Positions 12,922 to 26,700 of a DNA stretch of 64,000 bases are shown here, piece after piece (the first letter of the stretch is position 1; the number at the start of each line of letters is the position of its first letter). This DNA is from Camelus ferus (Eukaryota): the NCBI RefSeq assembly GCF_009834535.1, contig NC_045697.1, positions 32,056,001-32,120,000 of the forward strand. The letters run 5' to 3'. The position numbers were made by a program, and so were the translations under genes. Under the pieces are notes generated by a model that worked only from the letters and a program-made list of their open reading frames with translations, ran no database searches and had not been told where the DNA came from.

Positions 12922-13084
12922 TAGGTTGCCAGATAAAATGTAACATATTTAGTGAAACTTGAATAATTTTTTCAGTATAAATGTGTCCCAAATATTATAT
13001 GGGACATAATTATACTAAGAATTATGCTGTTAATCTAAAATTCAAATTTAACTGGGCATCTTGAATTTTTATTACCTAGCAACT
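12922..13084. mobile_element. MER53-like hAT MITE
   Basis: TIRs aggttgccagataaaa / attacctagcaactct; internal tgtcccaaatattatatgggaca palindrome. Confidence 0.75.
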
Positions 13085-14799
13085 CTTCTTTTTGGTGTTA
13101 AATCTGTGACCAATTCTACAGCTGTACAATCTGTGTAGTATCACAGAGTACCGACAGAGGGCGGTAATGAGGCAGCTCACAGATGTTAAGAACAGGACAA
13201 ACCCTGAAGCCCAACAGGTGCTCCCAGGAAAAGAGCAGCAAGCCTCAGGAGAACAACTGAAATAAGCAGGTTTCCCACATTCTCCGTTTCCGGTGAGTGC
13301 ATGGGGCCTGCAGCGAGGTTTAGAGACACTAGAGCAGGCTCCCTGCAGGATGAAAGGAGAACCCACCTGGAATAGAATCCAAAATTGGCAAAACAGGGAC
13401 AATTGATACAAATGAAAAGGAAGGCCCAGAAAGTTAGGAAGGGCCACGAACTGGGGTATCTGAGGGCCTTATGTTTGAACAATTTACAGACAATGAAAGA
13501 GGAAGCTCTAAAGCCTGGAAGTTAGAAAAGGTATAGTGACCACCCGTCCCTTCTAAATGGCCATTATTTGGGGACTGGTTGAATAAACACTAGTATATCC
13601 ACCTAATGAGTTGCAATGTGGTTGTGCAAAGGAAAGAAGAATATTTCTATATACAACTATGGAGAGATCTCTGGGGTGTATCATTGACTGAAAAAGGTCT
13701 ACATGGTAATAAATTAGATTAAGTAATATATTTTTGTGTTTGAATAAAATTTATACATTATACTACAAGGAAGTTATATAGGTTATAGAATAAAAATCAA
13801 TGTTGAGGGAATTTTTTTGTTTGTTTATTTCTTAACTTTTTCTCCTCATAGTAATAGAGTACGAGAGCCAGTACCTTCAAGGCAAATTCTTCAGTATGTA
13901 AGCTTTTGCATCAAAAAAAAAGAAGCTGCATAGCAGTGATAAATTAAATAATAGTTTGAATCTAAGAATAAGGTTAAATCTGACAAGCTTCATAGAGAAG
14001 AGAAGTGAAAAGGGAGCACAAGTTCAAATTTCATCAGTATCTACAAAAACTGTTTTTGAGTTACTCTTCACAGGCAAGGATACTGTAAATAATGCCAAAT
14101 TATATTTTAAAGACAATCAAGTGTTGGAAATTGAATGGAATATATAATAATAAACTGCCCCTAGGGATTTTAAACTGATGATTTTAGTCTAAGAAAAGTA
14201 AATTTTAAAATAAAAAGCCAGCAACAATAAAGAATGGCATAAAAATAATATGCTAGTAATGTGAGTTTCAGAAATGCTGTTATATGTGACACTAATTCTC
14301 ATACTGATGTGATAAAACTATCTAGAAAACTCCTAAATTTTATTTAAATATGCGTTTTTATATCCTTCAGTTGAGCCCAGTACAAAAATTTGAAAGTGCA
14401 AAAATATTTGTTGAATTATTTAATGACTTTGGATAATCATTAACATAAATATTGCCATTTTTAAATCTAACAAATGGTTTTATTTACACCTTACAACTTT
14501 GCTGCTGATGGTCATGATGTTTGGTTAGTTGGTTGGTTGATGTTATGCTTTGAATGAGGTCTTGCTGGAATTGTTTTTGACCCTCAAGAACTGAATTGAT
14601 CTTCTCAGTATAACAAAATATCAACAGATCATGTTTTGCATAGTTAAAATTATTATTTGCTTGTCTTTCCTCTTTACCCGCTATCCAAGTTAACCCTACT
14701 CCTGAAGCAGCAGAGTTTGTATTTAATGAAAGGCTTTTAGATTAATTTCTATGTTTATTTGTAAAAATAGTGTGTTATTTTCATCTATATTTTTAAAAG

Positions 14800-16570
14800 C
14801 ATATAAATGGCATGGTGCTGTAAATTATGTTCTATTTCTTAATGTTTCCATTTAACATTGTTTTGGTATCTAGTATATGTTCCTTTATGCAAAACTAGGT
14901 TTATTCTTCTGATTAATATTCTATGATATGCATAACTACATGTCATTTACCCATTCATATATGATAAACATGTGGGTTGCCTCCAACTTCTTATTCATAC
15001 AGTACTATGGTAAATTGCCTCATAAATGTCTCCTTTATATTTGAAGGCAAGATCCCTGGATATATATGTCCCAATTGAGTAGGTACCTCCTCAGTTTTAC
15101 TAAAATACTTGCAGTTTGCTCTCTAAAATACACTTCACTAAATTAGACTCTCAAACATAAAGTACAAGATTCCCAAATCCTGCCATCTTTAACAGTCATG
15201 AGTTATCCAATTTTCTCATTTTTGCCAAATGTATAAAATGCCATCCACAGGTTTTTTTTTACATTTTTATTATTGATTAATGTAAGAATATTTTCAGTAT
15301 TCTGAAACAGAAAAATGATGCTAGATTAAAAAAACTAAAGGATATGAATAAAGTAAATGAAATTTTCTATAAACTTTGATAAATAATATGTCATTCATTA
15401 GTTGTGACAAAGAACTCATACTAATATAAGATGTTAACAATAGGGAAAATTGTCTGCAGGGTATATATAAAATCTCTGTACTATCGTTGCAACTTTCTGA
15501 TAAATATAAAACCATTCTAAAATTAAAAGTTTTATTTTTTTAATGTTGCAAATATTTTCTCCTAGTCTGTCAGCTATTAATTTTGTCTCTGGTGACTTCA
15601 CTAAACAGAAATCCAGACATGATGTTTGCTTCAACCAATGTGATAGTAATAGAGGTGAAGAGAAGTGGACAGCTTTGGGAAGTATTTCAGACAATGGTGA
15701 ATTAGAAGTCAGAAGAAAACAAGGCATTGGGAATGAGTTCTGAACTTCGTTACTTCAGGAACTGAGTGGGTAATTTCTGGAAGCTTCATGGTCTTTAGTA
15801 TGATTGTAAATATTGTAAAAATATGTCCTATTTTCTATTTCTATTTCGCTTGCTGTTGCAAATAAATGCTATTGATTTTTGCATATTTATCTTGCTGTCT
15901 TAATAGTTCTAATAGTTTGTCTGCTAATTGTCTGGTTGTTGTTTTTGTTTTTTTGGTTTTTTTTTTGACCAATGATCAATTAATTAGAAATACTGAACAT
16001 TTGTCTTCTTCCTTTTAATTCACAAACATGCCTTTTCCCCCCTTTGTATTTAATCAGACAGAACTTCGTAGCATATGAGAGTTTTGCCTAATTCCTAATA
16101 GTAAAAGGAAGCTTCTGAAATTTCTTCATTAAATATAACATTTGGTATTGGTTTGCATTTGTCCACTTGTTCTGCTTTATATTGCAATTGGGGATAGGTG
16201 TCAGTAGTAGTAAGGAAAGATAGATTTTATCTGATTAAGGAAATTTCCTTTTATTCCTACTTTTAAAAGAACTTTTTAAGAAAACCTCCAATGAATTTTG
16301 AACATTTCCCAAGTTTTTTCTGTGTACATTGAGATGATCATAGAATGTTTACCCTCCATCCATTAATGTGATGAATTATGTTTTTACATGCTCTGATGTT
16401 AACTGTCCTTGCATTCCTGAGATAAGTCATCTTTGATTCATGGTGTGTTTTTTTAAATATGCTGCTGAATTTTGTTGGCTAATTAATATTTAGAAAAATT
16501 TAATCTGTGCTCAAGAGAGAAATTGGCTCACATATTCATTTTCCCATAGTGTCTTCATCTAGTTTTGATA
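14800..16570. mobile_element. Patchwork of old L1 (L1M) fragments
   Basis: catgtgggttgcctccaac, aaatctctgtactatcgttgcaacttt, attgagatgatcata, ccttgcattcctgagataa L1 ORF2/3' motifs. Confidence 0.65.
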
Positions 16571-16574
16571 CTCT

Positions 16575-17037
16575 GCTGGATATTTTTTCATTTACCCTTC
16601 TGGATTTATTCTCTATTCTTCTCTCTGCTCTGTATCACAGAATGTGACTGAATGGATTCCATCAGTGGGGTCTTGCCCTCTGGATTCTGGTACCATTGTC
16701 CATAACCTCCTTCTGGCAGGAGACGCAAGGGCAGGATGTGAGTGAAGTCTGGGTATTTACTCTCCCAATTCTCTTTCTGTTAGATTGCAGTTCAATGCAT
16801 CTAACCTTCTACCAAAGGTCCCAGCTCCACCTGGATTTTGTAAATTATTCTCTCAAATTACCCTTTAAGGTCAAAAAGTGACATTGGCTTCTTTTATTGT
16901 AAGTCTGAGTATAAAACTATTCTCTATTGGTTTTCTGAAAGTCAACCCAAACAGCTGTAGAGTCCCTTCATTAAAATCTCTACCATTCCCCAGTGTGAGT
17001 GTGCCAACCGCTTCCTGCTGGGACCCTGACTGATACA
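16575..17037 (+). mobile_element. LTR33-like ERVL solo LTR inserted in L1
   Basis: tgctggata.. start; cttgccctctggattctgg; agtcccttcattaaaatctc; cttcctgctgggaccctgactgataca end. Confidence 0.75.
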
Positions 17038-17369
17038 GATATCAAAGTTACACTCACATCCAAATATAAGTTGCATGTCTTTTCTTTTCTAGTAGAAGAA
17101 ATAAATTGTGTAAAATAGACACATATTCCTTTGAAATGTAGTAGAATTCACCTATAAAACCATCATTTTAGGGGCAAGGATTTAGTAGTAGTTATTAATC
17201 TGTACAAATTTTCGGCTTAAGTACCAACTTTTGAGTATTATATTGTCCAAAATATCTATTAACTTGAGATTTCAAATTATTAACATTTAGCACTTCATAA
17301 TATCCTTGTATAACTTTTAGATATCTTCCACACTGCAGCTATTTTTCTTTTTGTTTAATTACAAATTAA

Positions 17370-18020
17370 AGTGGAATGTATGTTGCTTTGGGGAATATAA
17401 AATGATGCAGCGACTGTGGAAAATGGTTTGGTGGTTCCTCAATAAGTTAAACATGCAATTACCATATAACCCAGCAATTCCACGACTGGATAGAACTGAA
17501 AACAGGTGTGCAAGCAAAAACTCATAGGAGAGTATTTACAAGAGCACTATTCACAATAGTTGAAATGTGGAAGCAACCCAAATGTCCATCAACTGATGAA
17601 TGGATAAACAAATTATGGTATATCTATACACCAAAATATTTTCCCCCACAAAAAGGAATGAAGTACTGATACCTGTTACAATATGGATGAGCCTTGAAAC
17701 ATCATGCTAAGTGAAAGAAACCCGTCATGAGAGGCCACAGATGCGTTCATTACATGAAATGTGGAGACTAGGCAACTCCATAGGGAGAAAAAAGAAATTA
17801 ATGATTGCCAAAAGCTGAGAGGAGAGGGGGAATGAAGAGTAACTATTTAAAGGATATGAGGCTTCCTTTTGAGGTGATGAAAATGATTTGGAATTAGATA
17901 GTGGTGATGGTTGTGTAACATCGTGAATGTACAAAATGTTACTCCTAGTGAATGTTACATTAGATGCATTTTACCACAATAAAAAAATTAAAATTAAATT
18001 AAACAAATAAAAATAAAAAT
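17370..18020 (+). mobile_element. L1MB-like 3' end with A-rich tail
   Basis: accatataacccagcaattcc, aagcaacccaaatgtccatcaactgatgaatggataaac, ggaattagatagtggtgatggttg, aataaaaaa. Confidence 0.85.
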
Positions 18021-18210
18021 ATATGTGTTTATCTGGCTCTATTCCACCTACTCTTTAAAAACTCCTGACCCTTTCCTAAAATGCTTACCAAATTATTATT
18101 CAGAGTTCCTGGGGTGGAGAAATGAGAGAAGGATAGCAGACTCTTAAGTAAATCCTACTGATTAATCCTCCTTAGCAATTTCCTAGCGTTACCATTTTCT
18201 TCTCTTTCAG

Positions 18211-18271
18211 TACCGACTGGCTGTGATAATGTCTCCTATAGCAACTAATGGCAAAAGCAGCTTAATCACAG
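18211..18271 (+). pseudogene. Candidate exon F (61 nt)
   Basis: Very strong acceptor ccattttcttctctttcag|T, donor CAG|gtatgc. Confidence 0.55.
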
Positions 18272-18557
18272 GTATGCACTGAAGGTGCTTAACTTGAATG
18301 CTGAGGTCACTGATGTCCACTCCCAGGCTCAGAGACTGCCCTTTTTGGCTGCTCTTTTTGTTGTTGCTTATTAATTTATGTATAATCCACCTCATTTCAA
18401 AAAATGGCTTGAGTTAATGAATGCCTAAGTCAAGAACACCAATGCCTGTGCCCATCATTGCCAAAACTTCCTATAGAAATGTGGTTGATGCTTCACAGAG
18501 CAATTTCAGACAGATTTTGATAAAATACCTACTAATTTTCATTTGTTCTTTTATTAG

Positions 18558-18790
18558 AGACTGCCAACCTAGGACTCAGACCTGAAGCTTTCAAATGTCT
18601 GAGTGTTAGAAATATCCAGCTGTCCCTCCTGCTGGTACTGGGTAGACTTTCATTCAAGAGCTATCATCATATGATCCGCTGTCACTGGCAAGAATGATGC
18701 CAGATCACATCTCGGGATTTTGCTCCAAACCTGTCCTACATGGAGAACCTTTCTACCCCACTACTCTCCCTGCAATACCTCAGAATACTG
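18558..18790 (+). pseudogene. Candidate exon G (233 nt; ..SYDPLSLARMMPDHISGFCSKPVLHGEPFYPTTLPAIPQNT)
   Basis: Acceptor tttcatttgttcttttattag|A with ctaat branch-like site upstream; consensus donor CTG|gtaagt; GC richer than flanks. Confidence 0.55.
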
Positions 18791-19165
18791 GTAAGTTACA
18801 AAGGAAAGTGGTCGTGTTCAGAAGAAACCTTGTATCATGTGTGCACATGCATGGACAATCTAATTGAGATTTCTCCTGAATCAAGGCTGGGACAAAACAT
18901 CCTTCTGTGATAGTGCCTTTGAAGCAAACAAATAAACAAACAAACAAGAATTCCAGGGTCTATTAATCTTTGGGTTTGAATCTAGAGAAATACAACATTA
19001 AAGGTCTTATTTAGGAAGGAGAAATGTGGCTTTTCTTAGGGTAAATGAAAGTTCTATGAAGATAAAATGGGAAAAGAGACTTGAATTTTTTTAGAAATGA
19101 TCATTGCTCAGAGAAATTCTCTGAGTTAAGTAATATCCAACGTGACACCATATTATAAACATCAG

Positions 19166-19798
19166 TGATACAAGCAGGACCCTATGGGGCCTTTCTGAAC
19201 AGACCCACCCCCACCATGTCCTCCACCTGCCTCTTGTCTGTAGAAAACCTTTAGCCTCCTAGGTCTTCCCCGAGTTCCAGAGAGTAAACTTAATCAGAAA
19301 ATTTAGAAAATGCAGAAAGAAAAAAACAGTCAAGCAAGACATAATAATAATAGTTTAGCCATTAAACATAGTCAAGGACCTTTAGCTCCTCCTCAAGGAC
19401 TATAGATAATATTCTGAGCCATATCCTTTGAGCTGTTTTGCAGATACTAAAACCCTCACAAAGTTGAAGAGGCAATGTAGACCCCAGACTAGTTGGAACC
19501 AGAAGGTTGATGATGCTGACCCCTGATTACCTCACCACCAACCAGTCAGAAGAATGCCCATGAGCTGATCATACACCTCACAACGCCCCCCCCACCCCCC
19601 TCACTCCCCCGTCTTTAAAAACCTTTCCCTGAAAGCCTTCAGGGACTTCAGGGAGTTCAGGCCTTTTAAGCACTCGCTACCTGGACTCCTTGCTTGGTGC
19701 CCTGGAGTAAATGCTGCTCTTTCCTTCACCGCAGCCCGATGTCAACAGATTGGCTTTACTGAGCATGGACAAGTGGACCCAAGTTTGGTTTGGTAACA
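19166..19798 (+). mobile_element. ERV1-like solo LTR, relatively young
   Basis: TG..CA termini (tgatacaagc..tggtaaca), ctttaaaa TATA-like, agtaaa polyA signal, gtggacccaagtttggtttggtaaca U5 end. Confidence 0.8.
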
Positions 19799-21232
19799 AT
19801 GCCACCAAAATGAGTTACATTTAAATCCCTAATAATTTAAGAGGGATCCATTTGAATATGGATTTTTTAAAAACTCTTCTATCTACCAAGAAATCTATGT
19901 GTAATCTATGTATTATACATGACTAGGTGCCTAATAAAAGTATTTTCAATGAATGAATAAAGAGCTAATATTGAAGATAATTAACTTTATAAAAAATTCC
20001 TTCAGAATTGGGAACATTCATTTGCTAATTTTCTATAATAAAATTTTATTTGTTAGATCTCCAAAACATGAGTAATATATTTCTTATACTATCATGTCAT
20101 TTATGAAGAATATGAGAATATCATCCTGTAATAATGAACCAGATGATCCATGAGGACAAAATGGAATTATTTATTCAAGGCTACTAAATTTTTTTGACAG
20201 AAGGAAGCTTCATTTGGTATTCTAGAAAATAACTTTATTAGAGGATTGAAGATTCAGAAAAAGGTGATAAAAAGCATTGTTAAAAAGAAATCTCTAATGG
20301 AGTTCTCATAAAACAAATTAAATTGGAAATTATTGACATTAAAATAAAGGAATGTAAGCTCAATAACGGGAGGATGAGAAAAATATCTAGCCAGAATTAG
20401 AGGGTTATTCATATGATACAAAAAAGTATGCTGCAGCCATAGCTGTAACCTAGAATTAAAAGCAGAATAACTAACATATGCGTAATAAGAGAGAGAAATC
20501 ACTGATGGGCTGGAAGGAAAAATGAAAGTCTCTAGTGATATGTGGATACAAAAATCAATAATTAGAAAGAATCTGACAAACTGATCATTGTAATAATCGT
20601 AATATTAATTCCTTCAGCAATCCTTTTTTGAAAACCTGTTGAGTGGTGGGAATGCCAAACTGAAGAGATGAATTTGTCAGCTCTATGAGCTGACATTATA
20701 GAGATAGAGAAGGTGATGTATGAGAAAAGTAATGTAATGCGACTTGATAAGTGCTTTTCTAGAGGGATGAATAAAGTGTTCTAACAGCATGAAAGAAGAG
20801 AACTGTTGGTTCTCTACAGAGCTGCCAAGTTCCTCTCTGAGAGGTGGGTGAGCGGGATAGTCATGAGCTACTGACAGGCGAAGTGCTGCTGCTTCGCAGG
20901 TGACGGGAGGTGACTGTAGGTAAGAATGTTGCTAACACAAGAGAGAAAGGGAGTGAAACAAATGCCAAGTATTTTAAAGCCAGAGCCTCACCATTGTTAC
21001 TCATGGTTAAGACAGCTGGCAAAGAAAGGACATGCATATGAACAAGATCACTTTGCTTCTCTGTGATTTTATCCCTATAATCTCCTATATCATGACATAC
21101 AAAGACTTTTTGCAGTCTTGACATACACTGTTACACTTGCTTTTCCTCCTCTGCTCTGGCTTAATTATAAAGTTGATTAGTCCATTTTTTCTAATGCCTC
21201 ACTAATTACCTCCTTCCAACTTCCACCACAGG

Positions 21233-21233
<1 letters not shown>

Positions 21234-21269
<36 letters not shown>
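21234..21269. repeat. (GT)n microsatellite
   Basis: direct reading. Confidence 0.95.
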
Positions 21270-21271
<2 letters not shown>

Positions 21272-22124
21272 GCTTGGTTGGTTGTTTTCTGATCACGGAA
21301 TTAACAAAGCAACAAAGCTTGAAGTAGGAAAATCTGTCTTTTTGTAGGTCACCTTGAAGGCCCCTTTCACCTGCTGAAGTGTCCCTTCTTGGCTCCAGCA
21401 TCTCCAGGTATAAAATCTTATTAACAGTTCAGATACAAAGCACTCCCCCTCCCAAGTTTTATTTGCATTCTAAAGGACGTTAGACCAAAATTTTTCTATA
21501 ATGATATGATTTTAGCGTCTAGATCAGATAACAGAGAAAAATACTTGGGGGCGAAGAGGGCTAGTCTTCTACATATATTCCACACTGTACCATGTTTCTC
21601 CCCTGTGTAACACAAACTTTGAATATAAAGCCTCTTAATGGAATTTTGAAGTGAAAAAAGAAGATTGTGGAATGAAAGCAATCAGAAGGGCACAGGAACT
21701 TTTAAGTCATTCCAAAATTATTGCACAAAAAGAGCCACATATTCTGAAGATACAGAGGGCTAGTCCAGCATTGCTGAACAGCTGTTATTTTACAGTCTCA
21801 TTGTTTTGTTCCGGTGGTGTTTGTTTCATAGAATTATGAGCTGCATAGAACTTCCATAAATGATGATTCAAGATGTACAGAGCAGTGCTCTTATTTGGAA
21901 GTTTTAACAAAGGGTATTAATGAATGACCAGCCTTTGTTCCACAATGGTAAAGAGAGTCAGCTCTGAAGACAGCCTGATTCAGATATCACACAATTACCC
22001 AGTAGCAGGATGACAATCGTACCTTAATGCCTCATGTGTAGCTTGACCTGGGGAAAAATAAAACTAGATGACTGATGTCAACTACTAAGTCTTCAATAAA
22101 GGTGATTCTTCTTGAAGGGCAGTA

Positions 22125-22777
22125 CAGTTGATTCTCATTATTCATGACAGTTTTGTTCTATACAGTTGCTGTGAACAGTGAATTAACCAATACTGAACCA
22201 TTATTCCTGGAAGAAACACAGGGTTAAGTTCCTGGGAGCCTCTTGTCACATTTTTGTCCTATAACTGGTCAGTATGTAATCGTGTTTTATGTGTGCTCTG
22301 TTTATGGACACTTTATTTCATATATATGGTTCATTCATTAACATTGAGCCCTCAGACAACAGCCCTATAACTCACGCCTGAAAGATGCTTACCTAACACA
22401 CGTATTTTCTCCATAAAGCTATTTCAGCCTTTTTGCCTTTTGGAACACTAGACAGCACTTCAGCACTTCTGCTTGAGCGCCATTTTAAACAGAGAAATCA
22501 CCAACAAAAATTACAAAAATGCAAAAAATATGGCACTAAATAGACCACGACAAGAATACTTGCTTGCAATAGGAAAGCTCAAACAAGATGACAGGGTGTA
22601 GCCTTGTTGGACCTCAGCTGGGAAGGGGCGTGTCTAGAGACTCCAATTTTTTGCTGCTCTGCATATGTCTGTGAATCACCACATCGGTACAGTAAGTGTT
22701 GATTTGGGAGTTAGAAATAAATTTTAGCAAGTAGGTGAATTCGGAATACAGAATCCAGGAATATTGAAGATCAACTG
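22125..22777 (-). mobile_element. MER82-like TcMar-Tigger MITE, full length
   Basis: TA|cagttgattctcattattc ... gaatattgaagatcaactg|TA terminal inverted repeats with TA duplication; 653 bp. Confidence 0.9.
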
Positions 22778-22799
22778 TATAATGTTGTAGTCATCTGTC

Positions 22800-22960
22800 A
22801 TCAGCCTGGCTTAACTACTTATCACCTGTGTAGTTTTGGGCAAGTCTCAGTTTCCTCACCTGTGAAATAAAAATAATAACAGCTCCAACCTCCTGTATAC
22901 GTGAGGAGAGTTAAATGAGAAACTGAACGTAAAGTATTTACTTGGCACGTGAAAAATGAT
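22800..22960 (+). mobile_element. MIR SINE
   Basis: ttgggcaagtctcagtttcctcacctgtgaaataaaaataataac..gttaaatgaga. Confidence 0.8.
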
Positions 22961-24327
22961 CAAAAATACAAATTACTAATTCAGGGAACACTACATAAGG
23001 TAATAAGAATTAACTTTAATAGAAATGGAATTTTCTTACTAATACTTCTCAAAATGCTGGGGAAAAAGATTTGACTGAATAATGTACTTTTTCCTCTTAA
23101 TTTGTGGTGTATAAGCAGAACCAATTTTAGTGACAGATATAAAGGGTGTTATATGCTAATACAAAAATCATTTTGGTGAAGTAGTATAAATCAATAGCAT
23201 CATTTTAGGGATCTTAACTAAAGTATGCAGATGCTAAGTTTTAAATGGGACCTGGTGCTAGAATTTCAATTAATGCAAATGGAAAGAAAGTTGAACCGTA
23301 GGTACTAATTTTATTTGCCCGGAAAGATGAGCTCATGTCCCTAAGGATCTGATCTCAATGCTGAAAGATAAATGCACAGAAACATAGTCACATGACCTAA
23401 GATTTCATCTCTTTTGATATGTTGTAAATAGTTTCTATTATAAATAAACACTAGCTTTTGCTGGAAATCTTAATGAGGTATTTCCACACTTTACCATCCA
23501 TCAGTGCAATGTTTGTGATAACAAAAATAAAAAAGTGAAAAACTACTTTGTTAGCTATTAACCCAAGAACTCCTGCTCAAAAACAGTGTCCACTTAACTT
23601 ACTGAAAAGATACCTGAATTACGTCTCTCTGTATTTCAATTATGTATATTCAATACTAAAAATTTCACCAGATAGTGCAAAACAGAATAATGAATGATGA
23701 AAATTTATGAAATCAGAAAGAATGCAAATGAATGAAAGACGTTTGTTTTGTTTTTTCATGTGGTATTTTGGGATTGTAGACTGCTGGGTAGAAGTGAAGG
23801 GACAAACATTTCAGATTAAAATAACTCATTCAATTAAAAATGTTAACAAAATGAGTCAGAAAAAAAATGTACTACATAGGTGTGGTTCTTAACCATTTTT
23901 GGATTGCTTCCAAAATCTGCAAAAAAAAAAAAAACTAAGCTAAAGTAAAGAACTTTCTCCCCAGAGAAGTTCACGATATGTATACACATTTTTTAAATAT
24001 ACACATGCATTTTCTTTACAGTTAGTTTGTTTAAGGATGTACTCACAAGAGGTTCAAGTACCCCAAGTTAACAATCTTCTCCAAAAAACTAGAGGAAAGT
24101 CAATTTTAATTGTATACAACTGATTTTCACAGATGAGGCTTTTGAAAATATTTGTATATAGTTAAATACATATATTTTTTAAATGATAACTTAAACAATT
24201 TTTATGGAAGTAAAAATGCATGTTTCTATTTTGGTAGATTTTTGTAGCTTCATTCCCCCAACACTCTCCCATAAATATTAACTGAAAATGCTGTTTAGAA
24301 AAACAAAGCAACTTTACCTCTTTTCAG

Positions 24328-24455
24328 CCTTTTTTGTACTGATAGAATCTTTAGGATTTTTATTAAATCTGTATAAACCCTTCAGGGACTTGTCCAATGG
24401 AAAGTCTGTGCAGCCCATTGACTTCAATAAAGAAGGCAAAGATGGTGAACGGTGA
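24328..24455 (+). pseudogene. Candidate terminal exon H (AFFVLIESLGFLLNLYKPFRDLSNGKSVQPIDFNKEGKDGER*); 3' extent unknown
   Basis: Acceptor ctttacctcttttcag|C; phase-1 frame open to TGA 24453-24455; unique sequence continues to about 24950. Confidence 0.35.
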
Positions 24456-26529
24456 AGCAAAACAACTCTAAAAGCAAGAACTAGGAATGCATCGTTCCAT
24501 TCTGTGATGTCTGATGGGTACTATCTGAAGAAATGATTCACTTCTCCCATGAGCCCATGGCCTGAAGCAAAGTAGTGTCATCCTTCGGATCAACAAGTGT
24601 CCTATATTGCCATAATCTCTATTCTTGCATATTTCACATTTCATTATGTGCCATAGACATATCATGAGAATTCATCTCAGTCACATTACAGAAACATTCA
24701 AAGACTGGAAGCAATTCATTTTTCAAAGATCCATTGGTCACATCTCTTGACTTTAATAGAAATACACAATTGTGGCTGATAATGCTATCTAACACACTAT
24801 GATCCAGTGTTTCAATCCGACACCCTTTGGTGCCTATCTCTGGCATCGTCCAGAAGCTGCATCCGACGCCAAGCCTGGTCATGCAAAGAATGTAAATTTA
24901 AAGAGCCATTTTCATTTATAACAAACAGATCCAGCTGGGAACACAGCTGTTAAATGGGCAGGCAAGCAAAATTTCCTGCTACCTGGAAGGGTTTAATTAT
25001 AAAACCACCTCGACAAGCTTTCAAAAGCCATAAATGAACTGGCCCACCCTCAGTATGTGTTTAACTTAAAAAGAGAAAAAAAGTGAAATTATCGAATCGC
25101 ATATTGCAGAAGTAATCAGAAGTATTTTATAAAAATCCTAAAATCTATGTATGTCTAAATTGACTCTGCCTTTGATTCTTCACATTGTTTCCTGGCTTCT
25201 TTATATTCAGGCTTAAAATCTAAAGTTTGGAATAATCCAGACAAAAAGAAATGTGAATTATAGCATTTTTGTACATCTATCCCCTCAGTGTCCTTCACTA
25301 AAGAAACAAGAAAAGACCAGAAAGTAAGTACCAAGTACAGTGTATGAAAACAAAGTGTAGAAATTTGAATATAACACCTAAGGTACTCAATAGTCAAGGG
25401 AGATAAATGTATTTACATATAAAGTGTCTGTGGCATTCCCTAACATTTTAGCAAGTTATGACATAAAATTTCATTGTCACTGTGGTGTGTTGTTGATGGT
25501 TGTCCTCTTTTTAAATTGACCTTGGAAAATAAAGTGATTTTTTTACATGATTTGAGCCAACATCTTAGCTGCTCAGTACCTATTCATTGTACATCAGAGA
25601 CCTCCCAATACAACAATCTGGGACCCCAAAGACTGCATAGAGGTCCTAAGGGAGGAAGAACTGCATAGAATTGTTATTCCCTCCAGCCATTATCTCCTTT
25701 TGCTTATTAATTTTCTGAAACACACCCAGTATTCCTGAGATGGATGTATAATACAAGTTAAGTATCTATCCAGTAGTTACTATTTAATAGATGATAAAAT
25801 TCTAAAGGGTTCCACACCTTGCTCTCTGTGTGTAGTGTCAGTACATCACAGTAAACAAGTAGATGTTTCATAGACTGCTGAGATTTAACTTTGGATTCAT
25901 TTCACTGATGATTTATCCCATCCTAGGTCATCCATAAAGATTCATCTATCCCATAACTAAACCCTGGAAGCAATTATGATGACTGAAGTTGAGAAGTCAT
26001 AGTTTTTACAGCATAAATTGAATCTGAAGTTTTAATTTATTTTACTTTTTTGCTTGTCTAACACTATGCCTTTTTGCATGGAAAAAAGATTTCATACTAT
26101 CACTAAAATCTGTAAGATGTTTTTAATGGAAATGTGCTTTATGTAATATTGGGTCTGAATTTTATCTAACAAATATCTGAGAAAATCAGGCAAATAAAAA
26201 ATTAGAGAAATCAAACTTGTACAACCTTTCCTGCAGTTTTACAGCATTTTGTCATGTCATCCTTAATTCTTTACTTTTTTACATTTCAGTATTTATATCT
26301 AGACTTGGCACCTTTCCAAAGGCCATATCCTGTGATTAAATAACCCTTTCTGCTTTATAGTGGTGATTAATGTTTAAATACCTCCTCCAACAAAGTAATG
26401 TTAATACGTTAGTAGAACATGTATTTCCAAAAGATTCTAAAAGTTTGAGCACAAGTGTGGTGTTCTTCAAAGGAGCTTCTTCAAGGAAGTAATGAAGGAG
26501 TAAGAGAAGGAAAATGGGGAGAAGGTGAT

Positions 26530-26700
26530 AATGTTAGTAATGGTTAGATCTTATGAAGTACTTATTAAGTGTCTGGCACTATTCTAAGCAGTAGTATATT
26601 CATTTTCTCATGCAATCATTATAACAATTTTATGAAATATGATTTTCCAGATAAGGAAATTGGCAGGCACGAAAATTGAATGTACCTATTCAATTTACCA
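26530..26700 (-). mobile_element. MIR SINE
   Basis: tacttattaagtgtctggcactattctaagc..ttccagataaggaaat. Confidence 0.6.

Noticed and set aside
13076..13482. Overlapping 123-aa and 98-aa - strand ORFs in a GC-richer patch
   Set aside because: No recognisable domain; open frames in two registers suggest a compositional effect, and one runs into a MER53 end.
24456..24953. Extension of candidate exon H as coding, and - strand ORFs 24468-24665 and 24634-24882
   Set aside because: The + frame has about 6 stops in about 165 codons, near random. The - ORFs have no motif or splice support that I can see.
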